In this document: positions 9,471-18,507 of the stretch, in pieces
How the letters are laid out: each line of letters starts with the position of its first letter
Position numbering within the stretch: the first letter of the stretch is position 1
Assembly (NCBI GenBank): GCA_965218795.1
Contig: OZ244653.1
Span: 2,368,001-2,432,000, forward strand
Direction of reading: 5' to 3'
DNA length: 64,000 nucleotides
Source of the DNA: a bacterium
GTDB lineage: Bacteria > UBA8248 > JACPRG01 > G963555815
Translations under genes and position numbers: made by a program
Notes under the pieces: generated by a model
Database searches by the model: none
What the model was told of the DNA's origin: nothing
What the model saw: only the letters and a program-made list of their open reading frames with translations

Positions 9471-10543
9471 TCGCCGCCGAGGAAGGCCGGAGGGAGGAGC
9501 GCAGACAGAAGTATCTCTCCATCCTGGTGACCTATGCATTCGCGGGGATGCTCGCCCTGGTTATGGCCGCCCTGTTCGTTCTGGCTTTCGGGGGCAACGT
9601 TTGGGTGGCTTTTTTGACCGTTCTCAAGGCCAGCCTGGGCTCTTGGGGAGGATTCGCGCAAACCCTCAACAAGTTTTGTCCGCTCCTGCTGGGCTCTCTG
9701 GCGGTGGCCCTCGGGATGCGGGGCGGTTACTTCAACATAGGGGTGGACGGCCAGATCTACGTCGGGGCCGTCGGCATGACGGCCGTCGCCTTCGGCCTGA
9801 AGGGTTCCGGTCTGCCGTGGGGCCTGTTCGTTCCCCTCGGCCTTCTCGGCGGGATCCTGGCCGGCGCGTTCTGGGGGCTCATTCCGGGCTTCCTTCGCGT
9901 ACGGTATCAGGTGAGCGAGATTTTCGTCACCGTGATGCTGAACTTCATCGCGTTTTATCTCGTGGATTATCTGGCCAACGGTCCATGGAACGATCCCCTC
10001 GCCGGAGACGCCATCACCCATCCCATCCCGGATAACGCGGTGATGCCCGCGCTGATGACCCAGGCCGGGGCCCATACGGGAGTCCTGCTTGCGTTGGCGG
10101 GCACTGCGTTGATGGGTTTTTTGATGAGCCGGACCATCGTGGGCTATGAAATTCGAGCCGTTGGGGACAATCCGGTGGCGGCTCGATTTGGCGGCGTCAA
10201 CATCAGGCGCATCACCTTGATCACCATGCCCATCTGCGGCGCCCTGTCCGGTCTCGCGGGCGCCATCGAGGTGTCCGGCTTCCATCAGGCCATGATGCTG
10301 GGAATGACCGGGCCGGAGGGAGCCCCCCAATACGGCGCGATGGCAATTCTGATCGCCGTCATCGGGCGCAGGAACCCATTCGGCGTTACCATCGCCGCCG
10401 CTTTTTTCACCATCCTGCTCGTTGGTTCAGACTCTTTGCAGAGAAGCATCGGCCTCCCCTCCTCCGCCGTATTCGTATTTCAGGCCAGCACGGTTCTGGC
10501 CGTCCTCTACGTAGAGGCCAGACGGGGAATGAACAAGAAATAG
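9467..10543 (+). CDS. Nucleoside ABC transporter permease (YufP/NupB-like)
   Basis: GYFNIGVDGQIYVG; EIFVTVMLNFIA; GYEIRAVGDNPVAARFGG; ATGA overlap with the ATPase gene. Confidence 0.92.
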   Translation: MIAAEEGRREERRQKYLSILVTYAFAGMLALVMAALFVLAFGGNVWVAFLTVLKASLGSWGGFAQTLNKFCPLLLGSLAVALGMRGGYFNIGVDGQIYVGAVGMTAVAFGLKGSGLPWGLFVPLGLLGGILAGAFWGLIPGFLRVRYQVSEIFVTVMLNFIAFYLVDYLANGPWNDPLAGDAITHPIPDNAVMPALMTQAGAHTGVLLALAGTALMGFLMSRTIVGYEIRAVGDNPVAARFGGVNIRRITLITMPICGALSGLAGAIEVSGFHQAMMLGMTGPEGAPQYGAMAILIAVIGRRNPFGVTIAAAFFTILLVGSDSLQRSIGLPSSAVFVFQASTVLAVLYVEARRGMNKK

Positions 10544-10918
10544 GCGGGCCTGTCTGGTTAGCAGCGGTCGATGAAGGCGAATCCGGATTTGGGGGTACTG
10601 GCATTATCATCCCGCTTCAATCCAGATCCCGGACCTCTCCGGGAAGATGAGCAGGTTGCCCCCCTTCTTGACCATCTGCTCGGCCCGCCTGGGGCGAAGT
10701 ACTGTGATCTCCAGTTTTGGGGAAAGAGTTCTGGGGGAGACATTTTGAAAACTGTCCCCCCAGACCCTCCTCGAAAACTTTCGTTTCCCAATGGTGGCGG
10801 GCCTTTATGCCCGCCACCATCGAGGGGGGGAGAGCTTGCCCGATCAGCCGGCCCGTATCATGATGGGTCCATGGAAGCGCTTCGGGGGTCAGGCGAAAAG
10901 ATGCGGATCCGAATCGAC

Positions 10919-11764
10919 ATGAACGCATTCATCCGAGCGATGGTCGGGCTCGCAGTCCTCTTCGCGCTGACCGCATGCGGGGACGACGCCCCCGACGTCA
11001 TCTCGGGCGAGATCAAGGTCGCCCCGGCTTTGGCGTCCGAGATTCCGAGGAACCCGCTGCTCGTCATCGAGGCGCGGTCCAAAAGCAGCGGAAACCCGAA
11101 GGGACGCCCGGCGGTGGTGGCTGTGCAGCGGGTCCGGAATCCGAAGTTTCCGCTGAAGTACTTTCTGGGACCGCCCGACCGCGAGGGGGCGGGCAGGTTG
11201 TCCGGGGCGATTCAGGTCACGGCGAAGCTCTTCGGCGACGAGCTCAGCGGGGAGACGGCCAAGCCTTTCGCGCTGGTCGGAAGCTCGACCACGAATTCCG
11301 CGGACGGGCGCGGGAGGGACATCATCCTCGGCAGAAAGGAGCCGATCAGGCTGGCGGCTGTCCCGAAACGACCGCCGCGGCGTGCGGTAGCGCGGCCCGG
11401 GTCCGGACCGGGCCGGGCCTCCGCCGGGGAGTCGATCTCGGGGACGATCACGGTCTCCCCATCGCTCGGCCGGGCGCCGGGCGGGGGCGTGATCTTCGTG
11501 ATTGTTCGGCCCGCCGGGGTCAACGCGGGTCCGCCGCTGGCCGTCAGGCGGTTGAGAAATTCGGGCTTTCCGCTGAAGTATGAGGTGAGCGAGGCGAACG
11601 TGATGATCCGCGGGATGCCGTTTCAGGGGAGCGTGAACGTCACGGTCCGCCTGGACGGGGACGGTCGGGTGGGCAGTCAGCCCGGGGATCTGGAAGGGCG
11701 GGCGAAACAGCCCGTTCAGGTGGGCGACACGTCGGTCGATATCGTCCTCGACAAGCGCCGCTAG
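10919..11764 (+). CDS. Lipoprotein with two CcmI/CycH C-terminal Ig-like domains
   Basis: Lipobox LTAC. Repeats ISGEIKVAPAL..VAVQRVRNPKFPLKYFL and ISGTITVSPSL..IFVIVR..GPPLAVRRL..FPLKYEVSEANVM..VRLDGDG..PGDLEG. Start could be 10901. Confidence 0.7.
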   Translation: MNAFIRAMVGLAVLFALTACGDDAPDVISGEIKVAPALASEIPRNPLLVIEARSKSSGNPKGRPAVVAVQRVRNPKFPLKYFLGPPDREGAGRLSGAIQVTAKLFGDELSGETAKPFALVGSSTTNSADGRGRDIILGRKEPIRLAAVPKRPPRRAVARPGSGPGRASAGESISGTITVSPSLGRAPGGGVIFVIVRPAGVNAGPPLAVRRLRNSGFPLKYEVSEANVMIRGMPFQGSVNVTVRLDGDGRVGSQPGDLEGRAKQPVQVGDTSVDIVLDKRR

Positions 11765-11997
11765 CGGCAGGTCATTGACCTGGGGACCCTATTGGCGTCG
11801 CATATCATGGCGGCGGCAGGGTCATCGACTCAAGAGCCACCGACTCAAACGCGCCGCAGCGATTTCGCCGCGTTGGGGATATTGTTCCTCCGGCGGCGTG
11901 TATCCTGAAATGCAGGGGCCGGGCGGGGCCTGTCCCGAGGAACGCGGGGGAGTTTCAGCCAATGGCCGCCCGCCCGTTTTTTCCTGATTTCTCAGTC

Positions 11998-12026
11998 TTG
12001 TCGGGTTTGGTCGCCGGTGCTATATT
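11998..12026 (+). promoter_or_regulatory. Sigma70-like promoter of the tRNA
   Basis: TTGTCG, 17 nt, TATATT with an upstream TG (extended -10), 26 nt before the tRNA. Confidence 0.55.
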
Positions 12027-12052
12027 CCAAATGCCCGCCGGGATATTCAGGT

Positions 12053-12139
12053 GCCGAAGTGGCGGAACTGGTAGACGCGCTAGGTTCAGGGTCTAGTGGG
12101 GGCGACCCCGTGGGAGTTCGAGTCTCCCCTTCGGCACCA
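12053..12139 (+). tRNA. tRNA-Leu (CAG)
   Basis: 87 nt; GCCGAAG/CTTCGGC acceptor stem; TGGTAGAC D-loop; anticodon loop TTCAGGG; long variable arm; GTTCGAG T-loop; encoded CCA. Confidence 0.97.
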
Positions 12140-12140
12140 T

Positions 12141-12200
12141 GATTTTACCCTCCCACAAGGTCCATCCTCGGCCTTGTCGCTCCGCAATCAACCGCCACAA
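12141..12200 (+). repeat. ~60-bp direct repeat, copy 1
   Basis: GATTTTACCCTCCCACAAGGTCCATCCTCGGCCTTGTCGCTCCGCAATCAACCGCCACAA, a near match to 15039-15097. Confidence 0.9.
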
Positions 12201-12221
12201 ACAAAAATTGGCGCCATTGCA

Positions 12222-12900
12222 GGGATCCCATACCAAATTTCTTTTTTGGGGGGGAGATCAGTATGGTGGCCCCGCGATTCCATGAGTATCTGGAAGAGCA
12301 CGGTTTCCTTTACGCCATCCGGCTTCCCGCCAACGAGGTCCTCCACGAAGAGATTGACTTTCTGCTCACTCGCCCAGTGGGTCGCCCGCCTGAGTAGCCC
12401 ATCGTCTACTATCACGACTTCCGGTATCAGGCTGGAAGCTGGAACCACGCCCGGCGGGTGGTCGCGAAGGTGGAGTGGCACTTGGGAGTTCTGTTTCCCC
12501 GTGTAGGCTTCATCGTGAGCAACCTCAGCGCTCGGCCTTAGGGGATCGTTCACTTCTACAACCAGCGAAGCACGGCCGAGCAGTGGATCAAGGAGGGCAA
12601 GTACGCTCTGAACTGGACCCGCCTCTCATGCCATCGATTTTTGACCAACCAGGTTCGCCTTTTGCTGTTCGTCTTGGCGTATTACGCTAGATAACATTCT
12701 GCGAAGGCCATTGCCCGATGGGTGTAGGTATTAGTCGCTACGGAGCTTGCAGGTCAAGCTGATAAAGATGGGCAGCCGGATCGTTCGCCATGCCCGACAC
12801 ATTATCTTTCAGTTGGCCGAGGTAGCCGTATCCAGGAAGGAGTTCGCCCTCTTCCTGGCCCGGATAGGCAGATTGCGGTCCGTACCTGTCTCGTGTTTCG
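12222..12900 (+). mobile_element. IS1380-family transposase pseudogene (C-terminal half)
   Basis: EYLEEHGFLYAIRLPANEVL..YHDFRYQAGSW..RRVVAKVEWH..FPRVGFIVSNL..FYNQRSTAEQWIKEGKYALNWTRLSCHRF..NQVRL..SLRSLQVKLIKMGSRIVRHAR..FQLAEVAV, with in-frame stops. Confidence 0.9.
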
Positions 12901-13417
12901 CGGAGCATTCCCCGTAGGCGGAAGGGGGATATTTCCTCCCTCACCGGTTGAATCGTCGGGAAGAATGACCGAAGGGAGGGACTCCGCGTTTTAGCCATGG
13001 CGGCTGGTGATGAGTGCCCAGCTGAGGGGCTTCGAGAAGCTCTTGACAGGGCCATTGGAGGGGGGTCTAATGGCTTCAATCCGCAAAGGAGATCGGAAGG
13101 GCATCGACGGAGGTCGAGGGGCCTCCGAGGAGGAGTGGCGGGTACGTTGCGCGACTTGTTACAGGGGGGCACTGGACAAGCTGAAACAATTTCTTTCGCG
13201 GCCTAGTGCCCTCCCGCGGGTGCTCGCTAAGGGCCCGCTCGGAGAGAGTGACCGATTGCACCTGGGTCATCATCTGAATGGCCAGATCTACAGTCGAGAG
13301 AATATCCGGACCACCATCAATTCGTTTCATTATGACCAGTTCAATTTAGGAACGGTGGAATTCAAATCGCCGCCACATTCTACTATCTTCTCAAATTCTG
13401 GCTTGAGTGAGGTCCGA

Positions 13418-13631
13418 GTGGAGAGTGAGGATCAAGCCGGTCGGATTCGGCGAAGTGTTGAGAAGGGAGAGTGTGCGTGGTGTGGAAGACGCATCTCCGA
13501 CATGGCCGGACAAGAAAGGCTTGGGCGATGACCAGCGCGGAAGGTTTTGCAGCGTTGCTTGCATTGGAAATATGTATGGCGCCGAATTTCTCGAAAGACA
13601 CAAGAAGAAACTGAAATCATCTGAGAATTGA
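13418..13631 (+). pseudogene. Small CxxC..FCSxxC (TRASH/FCS-like) zinc-finger protein with an apparent 1-nt frameshift
   Basis: ECAWCGRRI in one frame and GDDQRGRFCSVACIGNMYG in another, joined near 13500; ends 12 nt before dcd. Start uncertain. Confidence 0.5.
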
Positions 13632-13643
13632 GTTTAGAAACCC

Positions 13644-14828
13644 ATGCTAATTGACGAGCCTGAGGGCATCCTTCCCCGACAGGAAATCAAGAAAATGGTG
13701 AACGACCGGAAGATTTGGTCGGATTTCACTATTTCGGATCGCCAACTCCAGCCCGCCAGCTTGGATCTTCGTCTTGGTGAGGAGGTGTACAGAGTCCAGA
13801 GCAGCTTCTTGCCCACCAATAGAACCGCGAAACACAGGCTGGATGATTTAACTATTCATAAGCAGAATCTCATAGACAAGGCCTACCTGGAGCCGGGCGT
13901 TGTCTACATCATTCCGCTCATGGAGCAACTATCTCTCCCCAAGGGCATAAGGGCAAGGGCCAATCCACGGAGCAGCACGGGTCGCCTGGACATCTTTACA
14001 CGGGTCATCACGGATCACAGCGATCACTTTGATGATATCCAGGAAAATTACCAAGGGCCATTGTATCTGGAAGTCTTGTCCCGCTCTTTCCCTATTCGGG
14101 TAAAGCGAGGGATGTCCCTGAGTCAAGTCCGCTTCATTCGTGGGGTCTCCCGGTGCACAGACACCCAAGTTGAAAGCTCTTATGATGCCGAAGGCCCCTT
14201 CCTTTACGAAGGAGATGAAATTGTCCGCATCGGAGAAATCTTGTTCCGAGAAGGGCTGTTTCTCCGGGTTGACCTTAGTGGCATCGCTGACACGCGTTGT
14301 GTTGGGTACAAGGCCCGAAGAAACAGCCGACTCATTGATCTCAGCCTGTTAAATCATTATCGCATTTTGGACTTTTGGGAGCCTGTCTTTAAGGAAGAGA
14401 ACGGCAGTATTATTCTTGAGAAAGATGAGTTTTACCTCCTTACCTCTAAAGAGAAGGTCTGTATTCCTCCCGGCTATGCGGCGGAAATGGTTGCGTACGA
14501 GCAAACCTCTGGTGAGCTTCGGACCCATTATGCTGGGTTTTTTGATCCGGGTTTTGGTTTCAGTGAAAATGGGGAAGTCAAGGGGACCGTTGCGGTTATG
14601 GAGGTTCGTGCTCTAGATGCCCCCTTTATGGTTGAGGATGGGCAGAGATTCTGCAAACTTCAGCTCGAAAAAATGGCATCCGCGCCTGATCTGGTTTATG
14701 GTTCGAAAGAGGCCGGATCATCTTATCAGTTTCAGGGACTCACACCATCTAAACACTTCCTACCCGTGCAAGTGGACATAGGAGAAATCAAAAGTCGAGA
14801 ACAAATAGAACAATTATCTTTGGGTTAA
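13644..14828 (+). CDS. dcd: 2'-deoxycytidine 5'-triphosphate deaminase (long two-domain dUTPase-fold form)
   Basis: GILPRQEI..QLQPASLDLRLG..ANPRSSTGRLDIFTRVITD..YQGPLYLEV..EFYLLTSKE..GELRTHYAGFFDPGFG..SSYQFQGLTPSKHF. Confidence 0.92.
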   Translation: MLIDEPEGILPRQEIKKMVNDRKIWSDFTISDRQLQPASLDLRLGEEVYRVQSSFLPTNRTAKHRLDDLTIHKQNLIDKAYLEPGVVYIIPLMEQLSLPKGIRARANPRSSTGRLDIFTRVITDHSDHFDDIQENYQGPLYLEVLSRSFPIRVKRGMSLSQVRFIRGVSRCTDTQVESSYDAEGPFLYEGDEIVRIGEILFREGLFLRVDLSGIADTRCVGYKARRNSRLIDLSLLNHYRILDFWEPVFKEENGSIILEKDEFYLLTSKEKVCIPPGYAAEMVAYEQTSGELRTHYAGFFDPGFGFSENGEVKGTVAVMEVRALDAPFMVEDGQRFCKLQLEKMASAPDLVYGSKEAGSSYQFQGLTPSKHFLPVQVDIGEIKSREQIEQLSLG

Positions 14829-15038
14829 CAGGGAACATACGACTGGGTATCGGATGATGCATGACCCCGAAGGGGGAATCTATGTAAGGAGAGAATGTTG
14901 TAGGGGACCTATTATTCTACTGGGGGGAGTAGCAATCGTGGCCATAATCGCGTTTTTATCACTCTGAGAGAGTCGGGGGGCCAGACGGGCTGACCATCCG
15001 TCGCGGGATAGTGGGACCTGCCCTCCGACCAGAGCTGC

Positions 15039-15097
15039 GATTTCACCTTTCCAAAGGTCCGTCCTCGGCCTTGTCGCTCTGCGATCAACCGCCACAA
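15039..15097 (+). repeat. ~60-bp direct repeat, copy 2
   Basis: GATTTCACCTTTCCAAAGGTCCGTCCTCGGCCTTGTCGCTCTGCGATCAACCGCCACAA. Confidence 0.9.
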
Positions 15098-15158
15098 TCG
15101 GATGTCGGGATGTGAGACCGGACCCTGGCTCTGTAAAATCGGGTTTGGGAGGGAAACG

Positions 15159-15467
15159 ATGACGACCGTGGAAAAAATCGACGATCGTACGTTCAGCGTG
15201 ACCGTAGAAGACCAAACAACGACAACGCATACTGTGACAGTGGATCCCTCATATCATCAAAAGCTGACGGGCAACCGCGTCTCGACGAAAAATTTGGTCA
15301 AGAAATCTTTCGAATTTCTCTTGGAGCGGGAACCCAATACAAGCATTTTGCGGACGTTTGATCTGCCGGTTATCGGCAGCTATTTCCCGGAATATGAGAC
15401 GACAATCCAGACGATGCTGGACGATGCTGTAGGTCATCATCAAAGGGGGCGAGTCCTTGCCGGCTGA
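15159..15467 (+). CDS. Conserved hypothetical protein
   Basis: GGAGG RBS; TTTHTVTV..LVKKSFEFLLEREPNTSILRTFDLPVIGSYFPEYE is recognisable as a small uncharacterised family. Confidence 0.75.
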   Translation: MTTVEKIDDRTFSVTVEDQTTTTHTVTVDPSYHQKLTGNRVSTKNLVKKSFEFLLEREPNTSILRTFDLPVIGSYFPEYETTIQTMLDDAVGHHQRGRVLAG

Positions 15468-15793
15468 CCGTCAGACCTGATGCCCCCCCCCACGCCGCTC
15501 GAACCTTTTCGAGAAAAACCGGCCAACCCAGGATTTGACGCCTTCGTCGTTTTTCCAGTGCTGGCAAGCCAATCGAAAAAGTGATAGAAGAATCACAGAC
15601 CCATCATTCGACGGGTTCCGGGCAGGCGCCGAACTTGGACCGATGATTCCGGGACGGAATTTCGGGAGGTGGTTCGTCCGGCTTGTGGCGAGGGGAGGGG
15701 TTTCGAGGGTCGGGTCGCAGGGCGACGCAGACCGTCTGACACCTTGAAACCTTAGGGGCCATGGATATCAGGGCATCAGAAGGAGAGCATCCG

Positions 15794-16807
15794 ATGATAC
15801 GAAGAGTCTTCATGGGAGCGGGGGCAGTCCTGTTGGCCGTTCTTTTGGCCGCGACTGCGGGCCAGGACGCGTTCGCGGCGAAGAAGGTGAAGATCGGTCT
15901 CTTCCCCTTCGGGGCGGGCCGCATGGTCGACCAGTACATCCTGGATAACGGTATCCACAAGAAGTGGGGCGCGAAGATCGGGGTCGAATTTGAGATTTCC
16001 CACCCCCGGGACGACTTCGCGGCCTTCATGGGCAAATCCGTCAACATTGTCGCCCTGAGCACGATGGAGGTGGCCCGTGTCGTCGCGGACGAAGGCTACG
16101 ACCTCATCATGTACGGCAGGCAGGTGGACGCCTTCACCACCATGTATGTCCGTAAGGATTCTGCCTACAAAGGCCCGGGGGACCTCAAGGGCAAGAAGAT
16201 CGTCCATCCGGGGTGGGACACGGGCAGCGCGCAGATGGGCTCCATCCTGCTGAAAGAATGGTACGGAATTGATATGAAGAAGGACTTCCGGGTCGTCACT
16301 GCTCCGTGGCCCGTGGGACCCCAGCTTCTGGCCAAGGGGGATGTGGAGATGTCCATCAACCTCGTTCCCCTGACGATGAAGCTGGAAATGGATGGGAAAA
16401 TTCGCCCCCTGTTCCCCGGGTACGCCAAGGAGTGGGCCAAGCGGCGGGGGACCGGCCACCACCTGACGATCACCAACTTCACCTCCTGGGGCAAATGGCT
16501 CAATAACAACGAGGAGGCCGCGCGGGCCTGGCTGGGGCTCTATTCAGAGGGGATGAAGTACGCCCACGAAAACACTTTGGAGTGGGCCAAGACGTACAGA
16601 AACTTCATCACCAAGAACGCCACGGATGCGCAGGTGAAATGGTTCGCCGGATGGTTGAAGGACACGGGCGTTGTGTACCAGAATGCCTATATCGACCAGA
16701 AATTCGTCGAAGAGGAGAATGCATTCCTGAGGATGGGGATCAAGGCCGGCATACTCAAACCCTCTGTGATCAACCCCAAGATCTGGAGAACCCTCAAAGC
16801 CATGTAA
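15794..16807 (+). CDS. ABC transporter substrate-binding protein, SsuA/NMT1-like
   Basis: AGGAG RBS; signal peptide ending AFA; VRKDSAYKGPGDLKGKKI. Confidence 0.85.
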   Translation: MIRRVFMGAGAVLLAVLLAATAGQDAFAAKKVKIGLFPFGAGRMVDQYILDNGIHKKWGAKIGVEFEISHPRDDFAAFMGKSVNIVALSTMEVARVVADEGYDLIMYGRQVDAFTTMYVRKDSAYKGPGDLKGKKIVHPGWDTGSAQMGSILLKEWYGIDMKKDFRVVTAPWPVGPQLLAKGDVEMSINLVPLTMKLEMDGKIRPLFPGYAKEWAKRRGTGHHLTITNFTSWGKWLNNNEEAARAWLGLYSEGMKYAHENTLEWAKTYRNFITKNATDAQVKWFAGWLKDTGVVYQNAYIDQKFVEEENAFLRMGIKAGILKPSVINPKIWRTLKAM

Positions 16808-16878
16808 CGTCACGGGGAAGGGGGAACTCCCGGTTTTCGGTGCCGGGGTTGACGCAGGATTCGAGTACGTAAGCGGGG

Positions 16879-16920
16879 AGGGCCCGGGGGCCGTTCATGT
16901 CCCCCGGGCCCTTTTACTTT
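16879..16920 (+). terminator. Rho-independent terminator
   Basis: AGGGCCCGGGGG, loop, CCCCCGGGCCCT followed by TTTACTTT. Confidence 0.8.
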
Positions 16921-16979
16921 CTTGCAGGTCCGTCCGCCGGCCGGGCGTCCCGGGAAAGGCAGATCAAGGCCGGTTCGGG

Positions 16980-18050
16980 TCAGGCATCGACACCGAGCTC
17001 GCGGAGCATCCTTCGGTACGCCAGGGCCACGCCGTCCGGGGTCTTGACGTGCAGTTCCTCGGCCAGGTCGAGGGGCAGCTCCTCCGGTCTCTGTCTCTCG
17101 ACGATCACGCGGTCCTGCTCGACCACCGTCCGCAGGAACTTCAGGCGTTCCTCGGTCGATGGATCCGTTTCCCCCCCGATGACCTCGTGCTCGTCCACGT
17201 AGACCGGGCCGTTGGCGATGCCCGGCGCGTCCAGGCCGAAGTTGCGGGTCAACAGTAAAAACCGGGTGCTCTCGTTGGCCGAATTGGGTGTCGCCACGAC
17301 GTACATGACCTCCACCTTGCCCCCGTGTTCCCCCTTCCAGAAACGAAGGGTGAAGGGCCGCGTCAGAAAATACTCCCGGAGGTGGGACCGCGGGACCAAG
17401 CCATCCGGCGTCTGGTCGAACCAGAACCGGAGCCGTTCCTCTTCACGCTTGATTTGGATGTCCGGCGCCAGGATGTTTTTCTCGCTGCCCAGCAGCTCCG
17501 GGTGCACCCAGGCCAGGTGGGCCTGATCCACGAAATTCTCCATGACCCTCGCCGCGCTGCTCTTCCACGCCTTCTTTTCCGCGATCAGCATCCCGTAGCT
17601 CGGGTCCTCGAACTCCGGAAATTCAGGAATGGAGGCCCGGGGTTCGTCGGACAGGGAGACCCAGACCATGCCGTACTTCTCCTGGGTGGGGTAGGCGGTG
17701 AGGCAGGCCTTCTTGGGGATGGGGTGCTCGGGCGGGATCGAAGGGATCCGCACGCATTTGCCGTCCGAATCGTACGCCCACCCGTGATAAGCGCAGACGA
17801 TGGTTCCGTTTTCCACCCATCCGAGGGTGATGGGGGTTCCGCGATGGATGCACAGGTCGTGGAACGCCCTGGCCCGGCCGCCGATTCGGCAGACCGCCAA
17901 GCGTTCGTCCAACAGCTTGACGGCCACGGGCTTCTCGCCCAGTTGGCTGGAATAAGCGACTGGGTGCCAGTATTCGCGCAGTGCGGGCCAGAGGTCAGAC
18001 TCTCGCTTGGGGTCCTTGCCGGACTTCACTGGTTCTGGGTTCCCGGCCAC
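16980..18050 (-). CDS. Rieske non-heme iron oxygenase alpha subunit (VanA/N-demethylase-like)
   Basis: CIHRG..CAYHGW Rieske motif; ENFVDQAHLAWVH Fe site; EQDRVIVERQRPEELPLD. Confidence 0.93.
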   Translation of the reverse strand: MAGNPEPVKSGKDPKRESDLWPALREYWHPVAYSSQLGEKPVAVKLLDERLAVCRIGGRARAFHDLCIHRGTPITLGWVENGTIVCAYHGWAYDSDGKCVRIPSIPPEHPIPKKACLTAYPTQEKYGMVWVSLSDEPRASIPEFPEFEDPSYGMLIAEKKAWKSSAARVMENFVDQAHLAWVHPELLGSEKNILAPDIQIKREEERLRFWFDQTPDGLVPRSHLREYFLTRPFTLRFWKGEHGGKVEVMYVVATPNSANESTRFLLLTRNFGLDAPGIANGPVYVDEHEVIGGETDPSTEERLKFLRTVVEQDRVIVERQRPEELPLDLAEELHVKTPDGVALAYRRMLRELGVDA

Positions 18051-18158
18051 GGCGCATCCCTTCTCCCGGCTGATTCGACCGATGCCTTGTCCGCATGGAC
18101 AAAGAGGTTTGCAGGTCTTGATGGATTATAGACCATGTTGAAAAAATTTTCGATTCCG

Positions 18159-18420
18159 TCAGCCTGCCGCGGACCCTCGACCGATCGGCCCGCCCATGAG
18201 CCAGCTGAAGACTTCGAACCTGAGCTTGCCCTTCAGAGGCCAAGCCCAAGTGTTGCCGATGACCATGCCACGCATCCGCTCCAGGTACAACTCCACCAGG
18301 GAAAGCCCGATCGGCCCGCCTCAATCCTGCATGACACAGGATGAAGTCAGCGAGCTCAGGCCTCTCGACGACATCGGCGAGAACCTCAGTGTGCGTACTG
18401 GGCAGGAAGTCGTACCCTCC
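18159..18420 (-). pseudogene. Haloalkane-dehalogenase-like alpha/beta hydrolase fragment
   Basis: Manual translation QD*GGPIGLSLVELYLERMRGMVIGNTWAWPLKGKLRFEVFSWLMGGPIGR; the DWGG nucleophile elbow has TGG>TGA at 18321-18323. Confidence 0.75.
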
Positions 18421-18507
18421 TCATTTCATGCCCGGCTCAAAATTCAGTCCTGAAAGCCCCCCGCGGCTTTTCGCGTTTCCACGGAACCCGCAGGACGCGG
18501 ACGCTTG

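Noticed and set aside
13644-14828. dcd as the known anti-phage dCTP deaminase (AvcD-like)
   Set aside because: Lacks the P-loop kinase and HAE/PCxxC zinc-deaminase motifs; it is the dUTPase-fold enzyme.
18321-18323. In-frame TGA in the dehalogenase fragment as selenocysteine
   Set aside because: It sits at the conserved Trp of DWGG in a fragmentary gene, so it is a simple TGG>TGA nonsense mutation.
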